Source: Anaerolineae bacterium | GTDB taxonomy: Bacteria; Chloroflexota; Anaerolineae; B4-G1; DUEL01 | Assembly (NCBI GenBank): GCA_041082215.1 | Contig: JBDOIF010000006.1 | Coordinates: 62,001 to 117,731, forward strand | Direction of reading: 5' to 3' | DNA: 55,731 nt | Part shown: positions 8,658-18,194 of the stretch, in pieces | Layout of the letters: each line of letters starts with the position of its first letter | Numbering within the stretch: position 1 is the first letter of the stretch | Program-made: the position numbers and the translations under genes | The notes under the pieces: generated by a model | What the model was told of the DNA's origin: nothing | Database searches by the model: none | The model's input: only the letters and a program-made list of their open reading frames with translations

Positions 8658-10115
8658 TCAGTAGGGATACCAGTAGTCCTTGATTCCCCCCTCGATGTCC
8701 CAGTGGACATGTTTGGTCTGCCAGAACTCCTCGATCCCCTCCACCCCCAGCTCCCGCCCGATGCCGCTCATCTTCATCCCGCCAAAAGGCCCCGCGTAGT
8801 TGTCGGTGAGGGGGTCGTTAATCCAGATCGTGCCGGCGCGGACCTCTTCGTAGAAGCGGCGGACCTTGCGGGCGTCGTGGGTGTAGAGACAGGCGCCCAG
8901 CCCGTACTCGGTGTCGTTGGCCAGGGCGATCGCTTCGTCGAAGGAGTCGTAGGCCATCAGCGGGATGGTCGGCCCGAAGGTCTCCTCCCGCATGATGCGC
9001 ATCGAGTGGTCCACATCCACCAGGACCGTCGGCTCGTAGAAAAAGCCCCGCTCCAGATAGGGCGGACGACGGCCGCCGGTGAGCACCCTCGCTCCCCTCG
9101 CCACCGCGTCCGCCACATGGGCCTCTACCTTGGCCCGGTACGGCTCCCCGATCATCGGCCCGACGTCGGTGGTCGGTTCGATCCCCGGCCCCAGCCGCAG
9201 CCGGCCCACCCGATCGGCCAGAGCCTCGGCAAACTGGGGCAGCATCGAGCGAGGGACGTAAACTCGCTCGGTGGAGGTGCAGACCTGCCCGGCGTTGATC
9301 AACGCGGCGTAGGCCAGCGCCTCGACCGCGGCCTCCAGCGGCGCGTCGTCGGCGATGACAAAGGGGTCCTTTCCCCCCAGCTCCAGGTGCAGCTTCTTCA
9401 TCGTCCCGGCGGTCAGGCGGGCGATGTGCTGCCCCACGGCGGTGGAGCCGGTGAAAGCGACCACCGGCACATCGGGGTGGGCCACCAGCGCGTCGCCGAC
9501 CACGCCGCCCCGGCCGGTGACCACGTTGAGCACCCCCGGCGGCAGGTGGTCGAAAGCGACCTCGACCATGCGGAGCGTGGTGAGCGGGGTGAGGCTGGAG
9601 GGCTTGACGACGACGGTGTTGCCCGCAGCCAGGGCAGGGGCGACCTTCCACATCAGGAGGAGGATGGGGTAGTTCCAGGGGACAATGCAGCCAACCACCC
9701 CGTAAGGCTCTTTGAGAACCAGCGACAACTGGCCCCCGGCCGGGGAGGGGACCACCCGCCCACGGATGTGGCGGCCCAGTTCGGCGTAGTAATCGAGGGT
9801 GTTGATGGACCAGTCAATTTCCTCTGCGTTCTCGGGGACGGGTTTGCCCTCCTCCAGGGTGAGGAGCTGCACCAGTTCGTCGAAGTGGGCGCGCATCCTG
9901 GCAGCGGCCTCATGGAGCATCTGCGCCCGCCCGGGGGCGGGGGTCCGTCGCCACCCATCGAAGGCGCGTTGGGCCGCTGCCACCGCCCGCTCCACGTCTT
10001 CCGCCGTCCCCGCCGGCACTGCGTCCAGCACCTCCTCCGTGGCGGGGTCGGTCACCTCGATCGCCCCACGGGACACCGGGTCCACCCATTCGCCGCCGAT
10101 CCACATCTTCTTCAT
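8658..10115 (-). CDS. NAD(P)-dependent aldehyde dehydrogenase (aminobutyraldehyde/betaine aldehyde dehydrogenase-like)
   Basis: IVPWNYP, FTGST, LELGGKDP, catalytic GQVCTS, EETFGP, PFGGMKMSGIGRE. Confidence 0.93.
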   Translation of the reverse strand: MKKMWIGGEWVDPVSRGAIEVTDPATEEVLDAVPAGTAEDVERAVAAAQRAFDGWRRTPAPGRAQMLHEAAARMRAHFDELVQLLTLEEGKPVPENAEEIDWSINTLDYYAELGRHIRGRVVPSPAGGQLSLVLKEPYGVVGCIVPWNYPILLLMWKVAPALAAGNTVVVKPSSLTPLTTLRMVEVAFDHLPPGVLNVVTGRGGVVGDALVAHPDVPVVAFTGSTAVGQHIARLTAGTMKKLHLELGGKDPFVIADDAPLEAAVEALAYAALINAGQVCTSTERVYVPRSMLPQFAEALADRVGRLRLGPGIEPTTDVGPMIGEPYRAKVEAHVADAVARGARVLTGGRRPPYLERGFFYEPTVLVDVDHSMRIMREETFGPTIPLMAYDSFDEAIALANDTEYGLGACLYTHDARKVRRFYEEVRAGTIWINDPLTDNYAGPFGGMKMSGIGRELGVEGIEEFWQTKHVHWDIEGGIKDYWYPY

Positions 10116-10186
10116 CGGACTCTCCTTTTCTGTGCAACAGCCCGGTGTGAGGTGGTATGCTCACCACAGCAGAGGCGCAGGGAGCA

Positions 10187-10516
10187 CTAGAGCTGCAGGA
10201 GAACTATCCCTGCGATGACCAGGGCCAGCCCGATAAGGCGATGGGCGGAGAGGACCTCGCCGAAGAGCCACCGGCCGGCGAGCGCCATCAGCACAACCGC
10301 CACTCCCGACCAGAGGGCCAGCACAACGGCCAGCTCAGCGCGACGGAGCAGGTAGGCAAAGAGGACCAGGGCCAGGCTATAGACGATCAGACCGACCACC
10401 AGGCCCAGCCACCGGCCCGTCTCCGCCCACCATTTGAAGGAAAGGTCTCCCACAATCTCCAGCGCAGCCGCGCCCAGGAGCAGCCCCCACAACGTCCAAT
10501 CCACCGGACGCCTCAT
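10187..10516 (-). CDS. SMR/DMT family small membrane exporter
   Basis: 109 aa, four TM helices, Glu in TM1 (ALEIVGD), ALWSG, FGE, IGLALVIAGIV. Confidence 0.8.
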   Translation of the reverse strand: MRRPVDWTLWGLLLGAAALEIVGDLSFKWWAETGRWLGLVVGLIVYSLALVLFAYLLRRAELAVVLALWSGVAVVLMALAGRWLFGEVLSAHRLIGLALVIAGIVLLQL

Positions 10517-10518
10517 CC

Positions 10519-11595
10519 CTACGGCGCTGACGCCTTCACCTCCGTCCAGATCCGCTCATACAACGGCGCCGCAGGGCCCACGTCGGCGATCCACTCCAGC
10601 CGTTCCATCACATCTTCGGGTGGATAGATGGCTGGCTCCTCCAGGATCTCGGCGTCAATGAACTCCTCGGCGGCGGCGTTGGGGCTGGCATACCAGGTGT
10701 AGTTGGAGTTGCGGGCAGCGACGTCGGGCCGGAGCAGGTAATTGATGAACAGCTCAGCCGCCTCCTTGCTCGGCGCGGTGGTGGGGATGCAGAGGTTATC
10801 CGCCCAGATCGTCGCCCCTTCCCTGGGGATCGCGTACCAGAGCCGCTCGTCCTCTGCGGCCACCATGAAAATATCCCCGCTCCAGGCGTGGGCCATCACC
10901 GTCTCATCGGCGCTGAGGAGGTCCTCATACTGCTCGGAGTCGTAGGAGTAAACCCACTGCTTCTGCTGGATCAGCAGGTCGCGGGCCGCCATCAGCTCCT
11001 CCTCGCTGGTCGTGTTAAGGGAGTAGCCCAGGTACTTGAGCGCGGCGCCGACCGCCTCCCGCACGTCATTGATCATGGTGAACCTGCCGGCGTACTGAGA
11101 GGCGAGTTCCGGGTCAAACAGGTAGGCCCAGCTATCGGGCGGCTCCTCGAAGACCTCGGAGTTGTAGCCGATCCCGGTGGTGCCCCAGAGGTACGGCACA
11201 CAGTGCTTCAGGCCGGGGTCATACGGAGGATCGGCGAACTTCGGGTCGAGGTTGACCAGATTGGGGAGGTTCTCGTGGTTCAATTCTGCCAGCAGCCCCT
11301 GCTGGATCATGATGGTTACCATATAGTCGGACGGGACGATGACATCGTACCCTCCGGCTCCGGCCTGCAGTTTGGCCAGCAGCTCCTCGTTGTTGGCGAA
11401 GGTGTCCTCGACGACGTGGATCCCAAACTCGGCCTCAAAGTCCACGTACACCTGCGGATCAATGTACTCTGACCAGTTGTAGACGTGCAGCTCCCTGGGC
11501 AGTTCTCCCCTGCCCCCTCCGCAGCCTGCAAGCAGCCCCGTTACAATGGTCAATGCAATAACTACTGCTAGAGATAGCCAGACTTTTCTCTTCAT
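10519..11595 (-). CDS. potD: Spermidine/putrescine ABC transporter substrate-binding lipoprotein
   Basis: Lipobox LLAGC; VYNWSEYIDP, YDVIVPSDYMV, PYLWGTTGIGYN, WSGD, IPREG motifs. Confidence 0.92.
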   Translation of the reverse strand: MKRKVWLSLAVVIALTIVTGLLAGCGGGRGELPRELHVYNWSEYIDPQVYVDFEAEFGIHVVEDTFANNEELLAKLQAGAGGYDVIVPSDYMVTIMIQQGLLAELNHENLPNLVNLDPKFADPPYDPGLKHCVPYLWGTTGIGYNSEVFEEPPDSWAYLFDPELASQYAGRFTMINDVREAVGAALKYLGYSLNTTSEEELMAARDLLIQQKQWVYSYDSEQYEDLLSADETVMAHAWSGDIFMVAAEDERLWYAIPREGATIWADNLCIPTTAPSKEAAELFINYLLRPDVAARNSNYTWYASPNAAAEEFIDAEILEEPAIYPPEDVMERLEWIADVGPAAPLYERIWTEVKASAP

Positions 11596-11641
11596 CGCTC
11601 CTCCTTTCCATGCGGATACCTGAAGCTCGCGTTTCCGCTCC

Positions 11642-12469
11642 TCACATAACCTCTGCGCCGCGACCACCTCCTCTCTGCAAAAGGAGTGAGAGGAAAACCA
11701 GGGTGATGGATGCGACCAGCATCATGCTGGAAAGGGCATTGACCTCCGGCGTCACGCCCAGTTTAACCATCGAGTAGATACGCAGGGGAAGGGTTGTGGA
11801 GCCCGGGCCGGCGGTAAAGAAGGTGATGACGAAGTCGTCAATGGAGAGTGTGAAAGCCAGGAGAGCGCCGCCCAGGATGCCCGGCATAATCAGCGGCAGG
11901 GTGACCCGGCGGAAGGTCTGCCACTCGTCGGCGTAGAGGTCCTGAGCGGCCTCCTCCAGGCTGATGTCAAAGTAGGCCAGGCGGGCACGGACGACAACGG
12001 CGACGAAGGAGATGTTGAAGGCTACGTGGGAGATGATGATGGTCGTCAGACCCAACTGGACCCGGCTGAGGACGAAGAAGAGGAGAAGCATCACGGCCAT
12101 GGCGATGTCGGGGATGATGATGGGGAGGTACAGGAGGGCGTCGAAGGCCAGTTTGCCGCGGAAAACGTAACGCTCCATCGCCAGCGCCACCATCGTGCCA
12201 AAGATGGTGGAGATGAGGGTTGAGGAGCCCCCAACGATCAGGGTGTTTCTCAGCGCACTGCCGATCGCCTGGTCGGTGAAGAGGCGGGAATACCAGCGCA
12301 GGGTGAAGCCCAGCCAGGGCCCGGAGGCGTAGCGGGAGGCGTTAAAGGAGTAGAGGACCAGGATGAAGATAGGGAGGTAAAGGAAAAGGTAGCCCCCAAC
12401 GCTGTGGAGGGTCAGCCAGCGGCTCAGCCAGCGCCCCCTGCGCCTGCGGTTTTTCTCGACGGTTTTCAT
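11642..12469 (-). CDS. potC: Spermidine/putrescine ABC transporter permease
   Basis: FLYLPI..LVLYSFN, GFTLRWY, LEEAAQDL, AFTLSIDDFVITFF, TTLPL. Confidence 0.92.
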   Translation of the reverse strand: MKTVEKNRRRRGRWLSRWLTLHSVGGYLFLYLPIFILVLYSFNASRYASGPWLGFTLRWYSRLFTDQAIGSALRNTLIVGGSSTLISTIFGTMVALAMERYVFRGKLAFDALLYLPIIIPDIAMAVMLLLFFVLSRVQLGLTTIIISHVAFNISFVAVVVRARLAYFDISLEEAAQDLYADEWQTFRRVTLPLIMPGILGGALLAFTLSIDDFVITFFTAGPGSTTLPLRIYSMVKLGVTPEVNALSSMMLVASITLVFLSLLLQRGGGRGAEVM

Positions 12470-12484
12470 CTCTCACTCCCCCGT

Positions 12485-13399
12485 TCAGGACTTCGTGCCT
12501 GTGCGGAAATAGACCAGCGTGCCGATCAGCATCAGGGCCATCAGGACGAACGAAATGGCCGAGCCAAAGGGGTAATCGCGGGCCGACATGAACTGCGAGT
12601 AGATCACGTTGCCGATCATAACCGACTTGGCCCCGCCCAGCAGGTCAGGCGTGACGTAGGCCCCCAGCGAGGGGATGAAGACCAGCACCGATCCGGCCAC
12701 GATCCCCGACATCGTGAGAGGGAGGATCACATGGAGGAAGGAGCGCAGGCGGTTGGCGTAGAGGTCCTGCGCCGCCTCCACCAGCGAGAAATCCAGCCGC
12801 TCAATGGCTGCATAGCAGGGGAGGACCATATCCGGCAGCCAGCCGTACACCAGGCCGACGATGATCGCCCCGTTGGTGCCGAAGAGCGGGAGAGAAGACG
12901 TCGTGGCCTGCAGAAAGGGCTCCCAGAAAGGGGAAGGGAGCGCCGAAGCAAGCTGGAGCAGAAACTGGTGGATCGGGCCGGTCCACAGCGTGTTGATCAC
13001 CCCCTGGTCCCGCAGGATCAGCAGCCAGGCATAGGTGCGGATGAGGAAGTTGGTCCAGAAGGGGATCATCAGCAGGAGGATCAGGCCGTTTCGCCAGCGG
13101 GGGGGACGGGTGGCGATGAAGTAGGCCAGGGGATAGCCGATGATCAGGCAGATAACAGTTGTCACCAGAGCGATGACGAGGGTTCGCCCGAAGATGCGCA
13201 GATAGAGGGGGTCGAAAAAGCGGCGGTAGTTCTCCAGGGTCAGATTCCATACCACGCCGCCATACGTCCCGCGCTGGCCGAAACTGATGGCCAGGACCAG
13301 CAGGAGGGGAATGAGAAAGAAGACAACCAGCCAGAAGAGGCTGGGGGAGATCAGGAAAAGGAGGCGGATCGTCTCGCGTCGGCTACGCGGTTGGGTCAT
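12485..13399 (-). CDS. potB: Spermidine/putrescine ABC transporter permease
   Basis: GYPLAY, PFWTNFLIRTYAW, LVEAAQDL, FIPSLGAYVTPDLLGG. Confidence 0.92.
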   Translation of the reverse strand: MTQPRSRRETIRLLFLISPSLFWLVVFFLIPLLLVLAISFGQRGTYGGVVWNLTLENYRRFFDPLYLRIFGRTLVIALVTTVICLIIGYPLAYFIATRPPRWRNGLILLLMIPFWTNFLIRTYAWLLILRDQGVINTLWTGPIHQFLLQLASALPSPFWEPFLQATTSSLPLFGTNGAIIVGLVYGWLPDMVLPCYAAIERLDFSLVEAAQDLYANRLRSFLHVILPLTMSGIVAGSVLVFIPSLGAYVTPDLLGGAKSVMIGNVIYSQFMSARDYPFGSAISFVLMALMLIGTLVYFRTGTKS

Positions 13400-13417
13400 C
13401 TTGCTTTCACCTCACCT

Positions 13418-14500
13418 TCAGTCCACAAGCAGGTTGGCCGACTGCGGGGCCCAGTGGAGATAGACCTGCGCGCCGACTGGGAACCGCTCAACCGCTGCAT
13501 CGCCGACGTTGGGCTGTCGCACGGAGATCACCGTCCGCTCCGAGATCCGCACCAGGTAGCGGATCTCCGTCCCTACATAGATGACCTCCCTGATCTCTCC
13601 GGGCAACGCCCGTCTGTCGGGGGGTTGGGAGTGGAGGGAGATCCGCTCGGGCCGGATGGCCACCGTCACCTCATCCCCCATCGCCACCGCCCGGCTCTTC
13701 TGAGCGGTGATCTGCACCTCTCCGTCCACCACCACAACCACTTCGTCTTCCCGGCCTCCCCTGACCTCACCGTTGAGTAGATTGGTCTCGCCGATAAAGT
13801 CGGCGACGAACCGGTTTGCAGGCCGCTCGTAGATTTCTTCCGGCGTGCCGATCTGGAGGACCTTCCCCTGGTTCATCACGGCGATGCGGTCGGACATGGT
13901 CAACGCCTCTTCCTGGTCGTGGGTCACATAGACAAAGGTGATCCCCACCCGGTGCTGGAGCGCCTTCAGCTCAAGCTGCATCGCCTTGCGCAGCTTGAGG
14001 TCCAGCGCGCCGAGCGGCTCGTCGAGGAGGAGCACTTTGGGCTGGTTGACCAGCGCGCGCGCCAGGGCGATGCGCTGCTGCTGCCCGCCGGAGAGCTGGG
14101 TCGGCTTGCGGTTCTCCATCCCCGGCAGCCGCACCATCTCCAGCGCCTCCAGCACCCGCCGACGGATCTCATCCCTGGGCACCTTGCGCATTTGCAATCC
14201 GAAAGCTACGTTCTCATAGACGGTCATGTGGGGGAAGAGGGCATAGTTCTGAAAGACCGTGTTGACGGGGCGGCGGTAGGGCGGCGTCTCTCCCTGTCGT
14301 TCACCGCCGATATAGATCTCCCCGTCGGTCGGCAGCTCGAAGCCAGCGATGAGGCGCAGGGTCGTCGTCTTGCCACAGCCGGATGGCCCCAGGAGGGAGA
14401 AGAACTCCCCCTCCCGGATCGAAAGGGTGACGCCGTTGACGGCGACGACGGACCCGAAGTGCTTGCTGACGTTCCTCAACTCAACCACATAATTGTCCAT
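13418..14500 (-). CDS. potA: Spermidine/putrescine ABC transporter ATP-binding protein
   Basis: [48 protein letters not shown]-terminal TOBE. Confidence 0.94.
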   Translation of the reverse strand: MDNYVVELRNVSKHFGSVVAVNGVTLSIREGEFFSLLGPSGCGKTTTLRLIAGFELPTDGEIYIGGERQGETPPYRRPVNTVFQNYALFPHMTVYENVAFGLQMRKVPRDEIRRRVLEALEMVRLPGMENRKPTQLSGGQQQRIALARALVNQPKVLLLDEPLGALDLKLRKAMQLELKALQHRVGITFVYVTHDQEEALTMSDRIAVMNQGKVLQIGTPEEIYERPANRFVADFIGETNLLNGEVRGGREDEVVVVVDGEVQITAQKSRAVAMGDEVTVAIRPERISLHSQPPDRRALPGEIREVIYVGTEIRYLVRISERTVISVRQPNVGDAAVERFPVGAQVYLHWAPQSANLLVD

Positions 14501-14548
14501 CCGACGGCCTCCATAAGCCTCCTGTGATAAAGGACAAACCTGAAAGTA

Positions 14549-15052
14549 TCAGGGGGCCGCCGGCCCCCGCATATCCTCATTCACTGCCGTCAGCACGCTC
14601 CAGTCTTCCGGCGTCATCCCCCACCGATAGGATAGCTTGTAGGTGCGGAGGATGTAAAAGGTTTCGGTTCGCTGAACGCCCTCCACCTGGAGGAGCTTCT
14701 CGCTGAGGAAAGAGGCCAGATGGGCTGTATCCCGGCAGAGGACCTCTACCAGCAGGTCGAAAGCGCCGGAGATCATCACGAGGTAAGAGACCTCTTTAAA
14801 AGTGGCGATCGTGCGCGCTGCTTTCTCCAGGCAGGGGGGCTCCACCGCGACGCCGACAACGGCCGTGGCCTGCAGGCCCAGCAAATGGGGGTCCACCACG
14901 CCGACGATCTGGAGGACGCCTTTCTGGCGCAGCCGGGCCACACGGTTGCGGACGGTCCCTTCCGATACGCCGACCTGCCGGGCGATCTCTTTAAAGGGGA
15001 GCCGTCCGTCGAACTGCAAACGGGCGATGATCGCCCGATCAATCCTGTCCAT
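14549..15052 (-). CDS. Lrp/AsnC family transcriptional regulator
   Basis: MDRIDRAIIARLQFDGRLPFKEIARQVGVSEGTVRNRVARL HTH. Confidence 0.92.
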   Translation of the reverse strand: MDRIDRAIIARLQFDGRLPFKEIARQVGVSEGTVRNRVARLRQKGVLQIVGVVDPHLLGLQATAVVGVAVEPPCLEKAARTIATFKEVSYLVMISGAFDLLVEVLCRDTAHLASFLSEKLLQVEGVQRTETFYILRTYKLSYRWGMTPEDWSVLTAVNEDMRGPAAP

Positions 15053-15097
15053 AGGCCTGTCCTCTGCTGGTGGACGTTTCCCAAACCGCCTGCCCTC

Positions 15098-15126
15098 AGT
15101 GTATCATTTTTCCGCAAAATCGTCAA
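15098..15126 (-). promoter_or_regulatory. sigma70-type promoter for lrp-pot operon
   Basis: TTGACG (15126-15121), 17 nt, TACACT (15103-15098); contains the ATTTTGCG half-site also seen at 8514-8535. Confidence 0.6.
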
Positions 15127-15242
15127 GTCGAAATACGTTTAACATTATTTAACAATGCCAAAATTACGAAATTCGCAGAAACATACGGAAGGCGGGTAGC
15201 CTCCTTCGCTTCATTCGCCCCGATTCGCACCCACCCACAGGC

Positions 15243-15329
15243 AGGTGTACTTCAGTCTGGGGGCGAGATGTCCCTGGCCCGGGCCGGACCTGGGGAAACA
15301 CGAATGGCGCGAATGGAAACGAATACCGC
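15243..15329 (+). mobile_element. MITE-like element, truncated copy 1 (left 87 bp)
   Basis: Near-identical to the first 87 bp of the 192-bp elements at 20517 and 41727. Confidence 0.8.
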
Positions 15330-15336
15330 CAAAATG

Positions 15337-15392
15337 TTGACAAATCCATCAGGATGTTATATACTGAATATGTTCACCGAATACATTCGGTG
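15337..15392 (+). promoter_or_regulatory. sigma70 promoter plus palindromic operator (likely TetR site)
   Basis: TTGACA 15337-15342, 17 nt, TATACT 15360-15365; CACCGAAT-AC-ATTCGGTG at 15375-15392; homologous cassette on the opposite strand at 31576-31629. Confidence 0.85.
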
Positions 15393-15426
15393 CTGGAGTG
15401 CCGCTTATCCCGCACGGGAGTGCCCT

Positions 15427-16893
15427 ATGGATGAAAAGCAAGCCCGGTTGAGAGAAATCGTCGGAGAATCCGCTGTCCAGGAAGCCCCTGGATTAGAGGA
15501 ACCTTCCTCACTGGCCCCCACCCTGATCCCTCCGCTGAGACCCCACCTCCTGGTCAGGCCGAAGAGCGTGGACGAGGTGCAGAGGGTCGTCCTCTGGGCA
15601 AACCAGACGCAAACGCCGCTGGTGCCTGTGAGCTCCGGCCCTCCCCACCTCCGGGGGGATTCGCTCCCCACCGCTCCGGAGGCAGTCATCGTGGACCTGA
15701 GCGGAATGAAGCGGGTGTTGAAGGTGGACCGCCGGAATCGGCTGGCGCTGATCGAGCCGGGAGTGACCTACGGGCAACTCCAATCTGAACTGCAGAAACA
15801 CGGCCTGCGGGTGATCATGCCGCTTTTGCCCCGCAACAGCAAATCGGTGCTCGCGGCCCTCCTGGAACGAGAGCCACCCATCTCCCCCCGATACCACTGG
15901 AACATGCTGGAGCCCCTGCGCAGCCTGGAGATCGTATGGGGCAATGGGGATAAGCTCTACAGCGGGAGTGGCATCTATCGGGGGGAAAGGGATGAGGATT
16001 GGCAGGAGGGGAGAGTCCCCGTGTGGGGCGCCGGGCCGGGCCAACTGGACTATTACCGGCTCGTCTCAGCAGCCCAGGGCACGATGGGCATCGTCACCTG
16101 GGCGTCCGTGAAATGCGAGGTGCTCCCCCAGGTCCACAGGCTGTTCCTGACCCCCGCCGCAAGGCTGGAAGAGCTGCTGGATTTCACCTACAAACTCCTC
16201 CGGTTCCGGTTGGGTGACGAGCTCTTCATCGTCAACAGCACCTCTCTGGCCATGATCCTCGCCCGGCAGCCGGAAGAGGTCCCATCACTGAGAGACACGC
16301 TGCCCGCCTGGGCCGTCGTCATCGGGGTCACCGGTGGGGAGATCCTGCCCGGGGAAAGGGCTCAGACTCAGGAGAGCGACATCCGGGACCTGGCTCAGGG
16401 GTTCGGGTTGCCCCTGCTGCCGGCGGTGCCGGGTTGCCGGGGCAGCGACCTGCTGAAGCTCCTCTCCCACCCCTCCGAAGAGCCGTACTGGAAAATCCGC
16501 TACAAAGGTGGGATGCAGGAGATCTTCTTCCTGACCCCCCTGGAACGAACGCCCGCCTATGTCGCGACGATGCTGACGGCGGCCAATAACCACCGGTACT
16601 CGGCCCTGGATATTGGCATCTATATCCAGCCGGTCCACCAGGGCGTCTGTTGCCACTGCGAGTTCATCCTTCCGTTTGACCGGAAGAGCCAGACGGAAGT
16701 ACAGAGGGCGCGGGAGTTGTTCTGCGACGCCAGCCTCCAGTTGTTCCAACAAAAGGCGTTCTTCTCACGGCCGTATGGGATATGGGCCCCCTGGGCCTAC
16801 AACGCCGACGCCCAGACCACAGCCGTCCTGCGCAAGGTCAAAGAGATCTTTGACCCAAACCACATCCTGAATCCGGGCAAACTGTGCTTTTAA
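15427..16893 (+). CDS. FAD-binding oxidoreductase (VAO/PCMH/GlcD superfamily)
   Basis: LVRPKSVDEVQ, IVDLSGMKRVL, IEPGVTY, GTMGIVTW, C-terminal KEIFDPNHILNPGK. Start placed at MDEKQ downstream of the promoter. Confidence 0.85.
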   Translation: MDEKQARLREIVGESAVQEAPGLEEPSSLAPTLIPPLRPHLLVRPKSVDEVQRVVLWANQTQTPLVPVSSGPPHLRGDSLPTAPEAVIVDLSGMKRVLKVDRRNRLALIEPGVTYGQLQSELQKHGLRVIMPLLPRNSKSVLAALLEREPPISPRYHWNMLEPLRSLEIVWGNGDKLYSGSGIYRGERDEDWQEGRVPVWGAGPGQLDYYRLVSAAQGTMGIVTWASVKCEVLPQVHRLFLTPAARLEELLDFTYKLLRFRLGDELFIVNSTSLAMILARQPEEVPSLRDTLPAWAVVIGVTGGEILPGERAQTQESDIRDLAQGFGLPLLPAVPGCRGSDLLKLLSHPSEEPYWKIRYKGGMQEIFFLTPLERTPAYVATMLTAANNHRYSALDIGIYIQPVHQGVCCHCEFILPFDRKSQTEVQRARELFCDASLQLFQQKAFFSRPYGIWAPWAYNADAQTTAVLRKVKEIFDPNHILNPGKLCF

Positions 16894-16905
16894 GGAGGCC
16901 GTCCG

Positions 16906-18180
16906 ATGCCGCTGGAAGATTTCGCAGGGGAGATGGACCGCTGCAGTCAGTGCTCCTACTGCAAATGGATCCCCTTTGACCAGATGAAGAGCTGGCGCTT
17001 TGCTAAGAATTGCCCGAGCATCGCCTACCACAATTTCAACAGCTATTCCGCTCGCGGTCGGTATGCGGTTGCCCGGTCCCTGATCCGGGGGCAGATTGAC
17101 TACACGGATACGCTGCGGCGCATCGTCTTCACCTGCCTGACCTGCGGCTCGTGCGATGTGAGCTGCAAGATCTGCCGTTACAACCTGGAGCCCCTGGAAA
17201 TGGTCCGTGAACTCAAGTTCAGGGCGGTGGAGGACGGGCAGGGGCTGGATGCCCACAGAGCGGTGATAGAGAGCCTGAACAGCGAACAGAACACGATGTC
17301 GCAGCCCAGGGCCAGGCGAGGGGATTGGGCCGACGGCCTGGACGTCCCTCGCCTGCCTGCGGAAAAGGCGGAGGTCGTCTTTCATGCAGGCTGCCGCTTC
17401 AGCTACGACCCCGACCTCCAGGCGACCGCCCGGGCAGCGGTCACTCTGCTGAAGAATGTGGGCGTCCGTATCGGGATTATGGGGGAGCGGGAGCTGTGTT
17501 GCGGCGGCCGGGTGTACTCCATGGGCTACCGGGATGCGTTCACCCGGTTCGCCCAGGCCAACGTGAAAGCCTGGGCCAACGCCGGGGTGAGGATGGTGGT
17601 CACCTCCTGCGCCGATGGGTACCACGCCTTCAAGCGCCTCTACCCCCGGCTGGGCCTCCAGATGGAGGTGCTGCACACGGTGGAACTCATCGCCCGCCTG
17701 ATCGAAGAAGGAAAGATACAGTTTCGCTCTCCCGTGCCGATGACCGTCACTTATCACGACCCCTGTCATCTGGGCCGGCAGGGAGAGCCGTATGTGCCGT
17801 GGGACGGGGTCGAGAAGAAAATCCTGAACCAGATCGTTGTCTACGAGCCACGGAGGCCCCGATACAACGGCGCCTGGGGGATCTACGACCCGCCCCGACA
17901 GGTCCTCCGCTCGATCCCCGGCGTGGAGCTGGTGGAGATGGAGCGGATTCGGGAATACAGCTGGTGCTGCGGGGCGGGGGGAGGCATGCGCGAGGCCTAT
18001 CCCGAATTCTCCCTCTGGACCGCCCGCGAGCGGATCGCCGAAGCCAGGGCTACCGGCGCTGAGGCGCTGGTGAGCGCCTGTCCGTGGTGCGAGAGGAATT
18101 TTACGGACGCCGTCGGCACGCTGGGGGAGCCGATGCCGGTTTACGACATCGTTGATCTCGTGCAGAAGGCCCTGCTGTAA
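16906..18180 (+). CDS. Fe-S oxidoreductase with 4Fe-4S and two CCG domains (GlcF/HdrD-like)
   Basis: CSQCSYC...CP, CLTCGSCDVSC, CCGG, TSCADG, YHDPCHLGR, CCGAGGG, SACPWC. Confidence 0.9.
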   Translation: MPLEDFAGEMDRCSQCSYCKWIPFDQMKSWRFAKNCPSIAYHNFNSYSARGRYAVARSLIRGQIDYTDTLRRIVFTCLTCGSCDVSCKICRYNLEPLEMVRELKFRAVEDGQGLDAHRAVIESLNSEQNTMSQPRARRGDWADGLDVPRLPAEKAEVVFHAGCRFSYDPDLQATARAAVTLLKNVGVRIGIMGERELCCGGRVYSMGYRDAFTRFAQANVKAWANAGVRMVVTSCADGYHAFKRLYPRLGLQMEVLHTVELIARLIEEGKIQFRSPVPMTVTYHDPCHLGRQGEPYVPWDGVEKKILNQIVVYEPRRPRYNGAWGIYDPPRQVLRSIPGVELVEMERIREYSWCCGAGGGMREAYPEFSLWTARERIAEARATGAEALVSACPWCERNFTDAVGTLGEPMPVYDIVDLVQKALL

Positions 18181-18194
18181 GAGAGGGGGGTGAC

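Noticed and set aside
1134..14527. Long + strand ORFs (e.g. 1134-2684, 4225-5847, 8703-10190, 12404-13780)
   Set aside because: Antisense shadows of well-supported minus-strand genes in high-GC DNA; no recognisable motifs.
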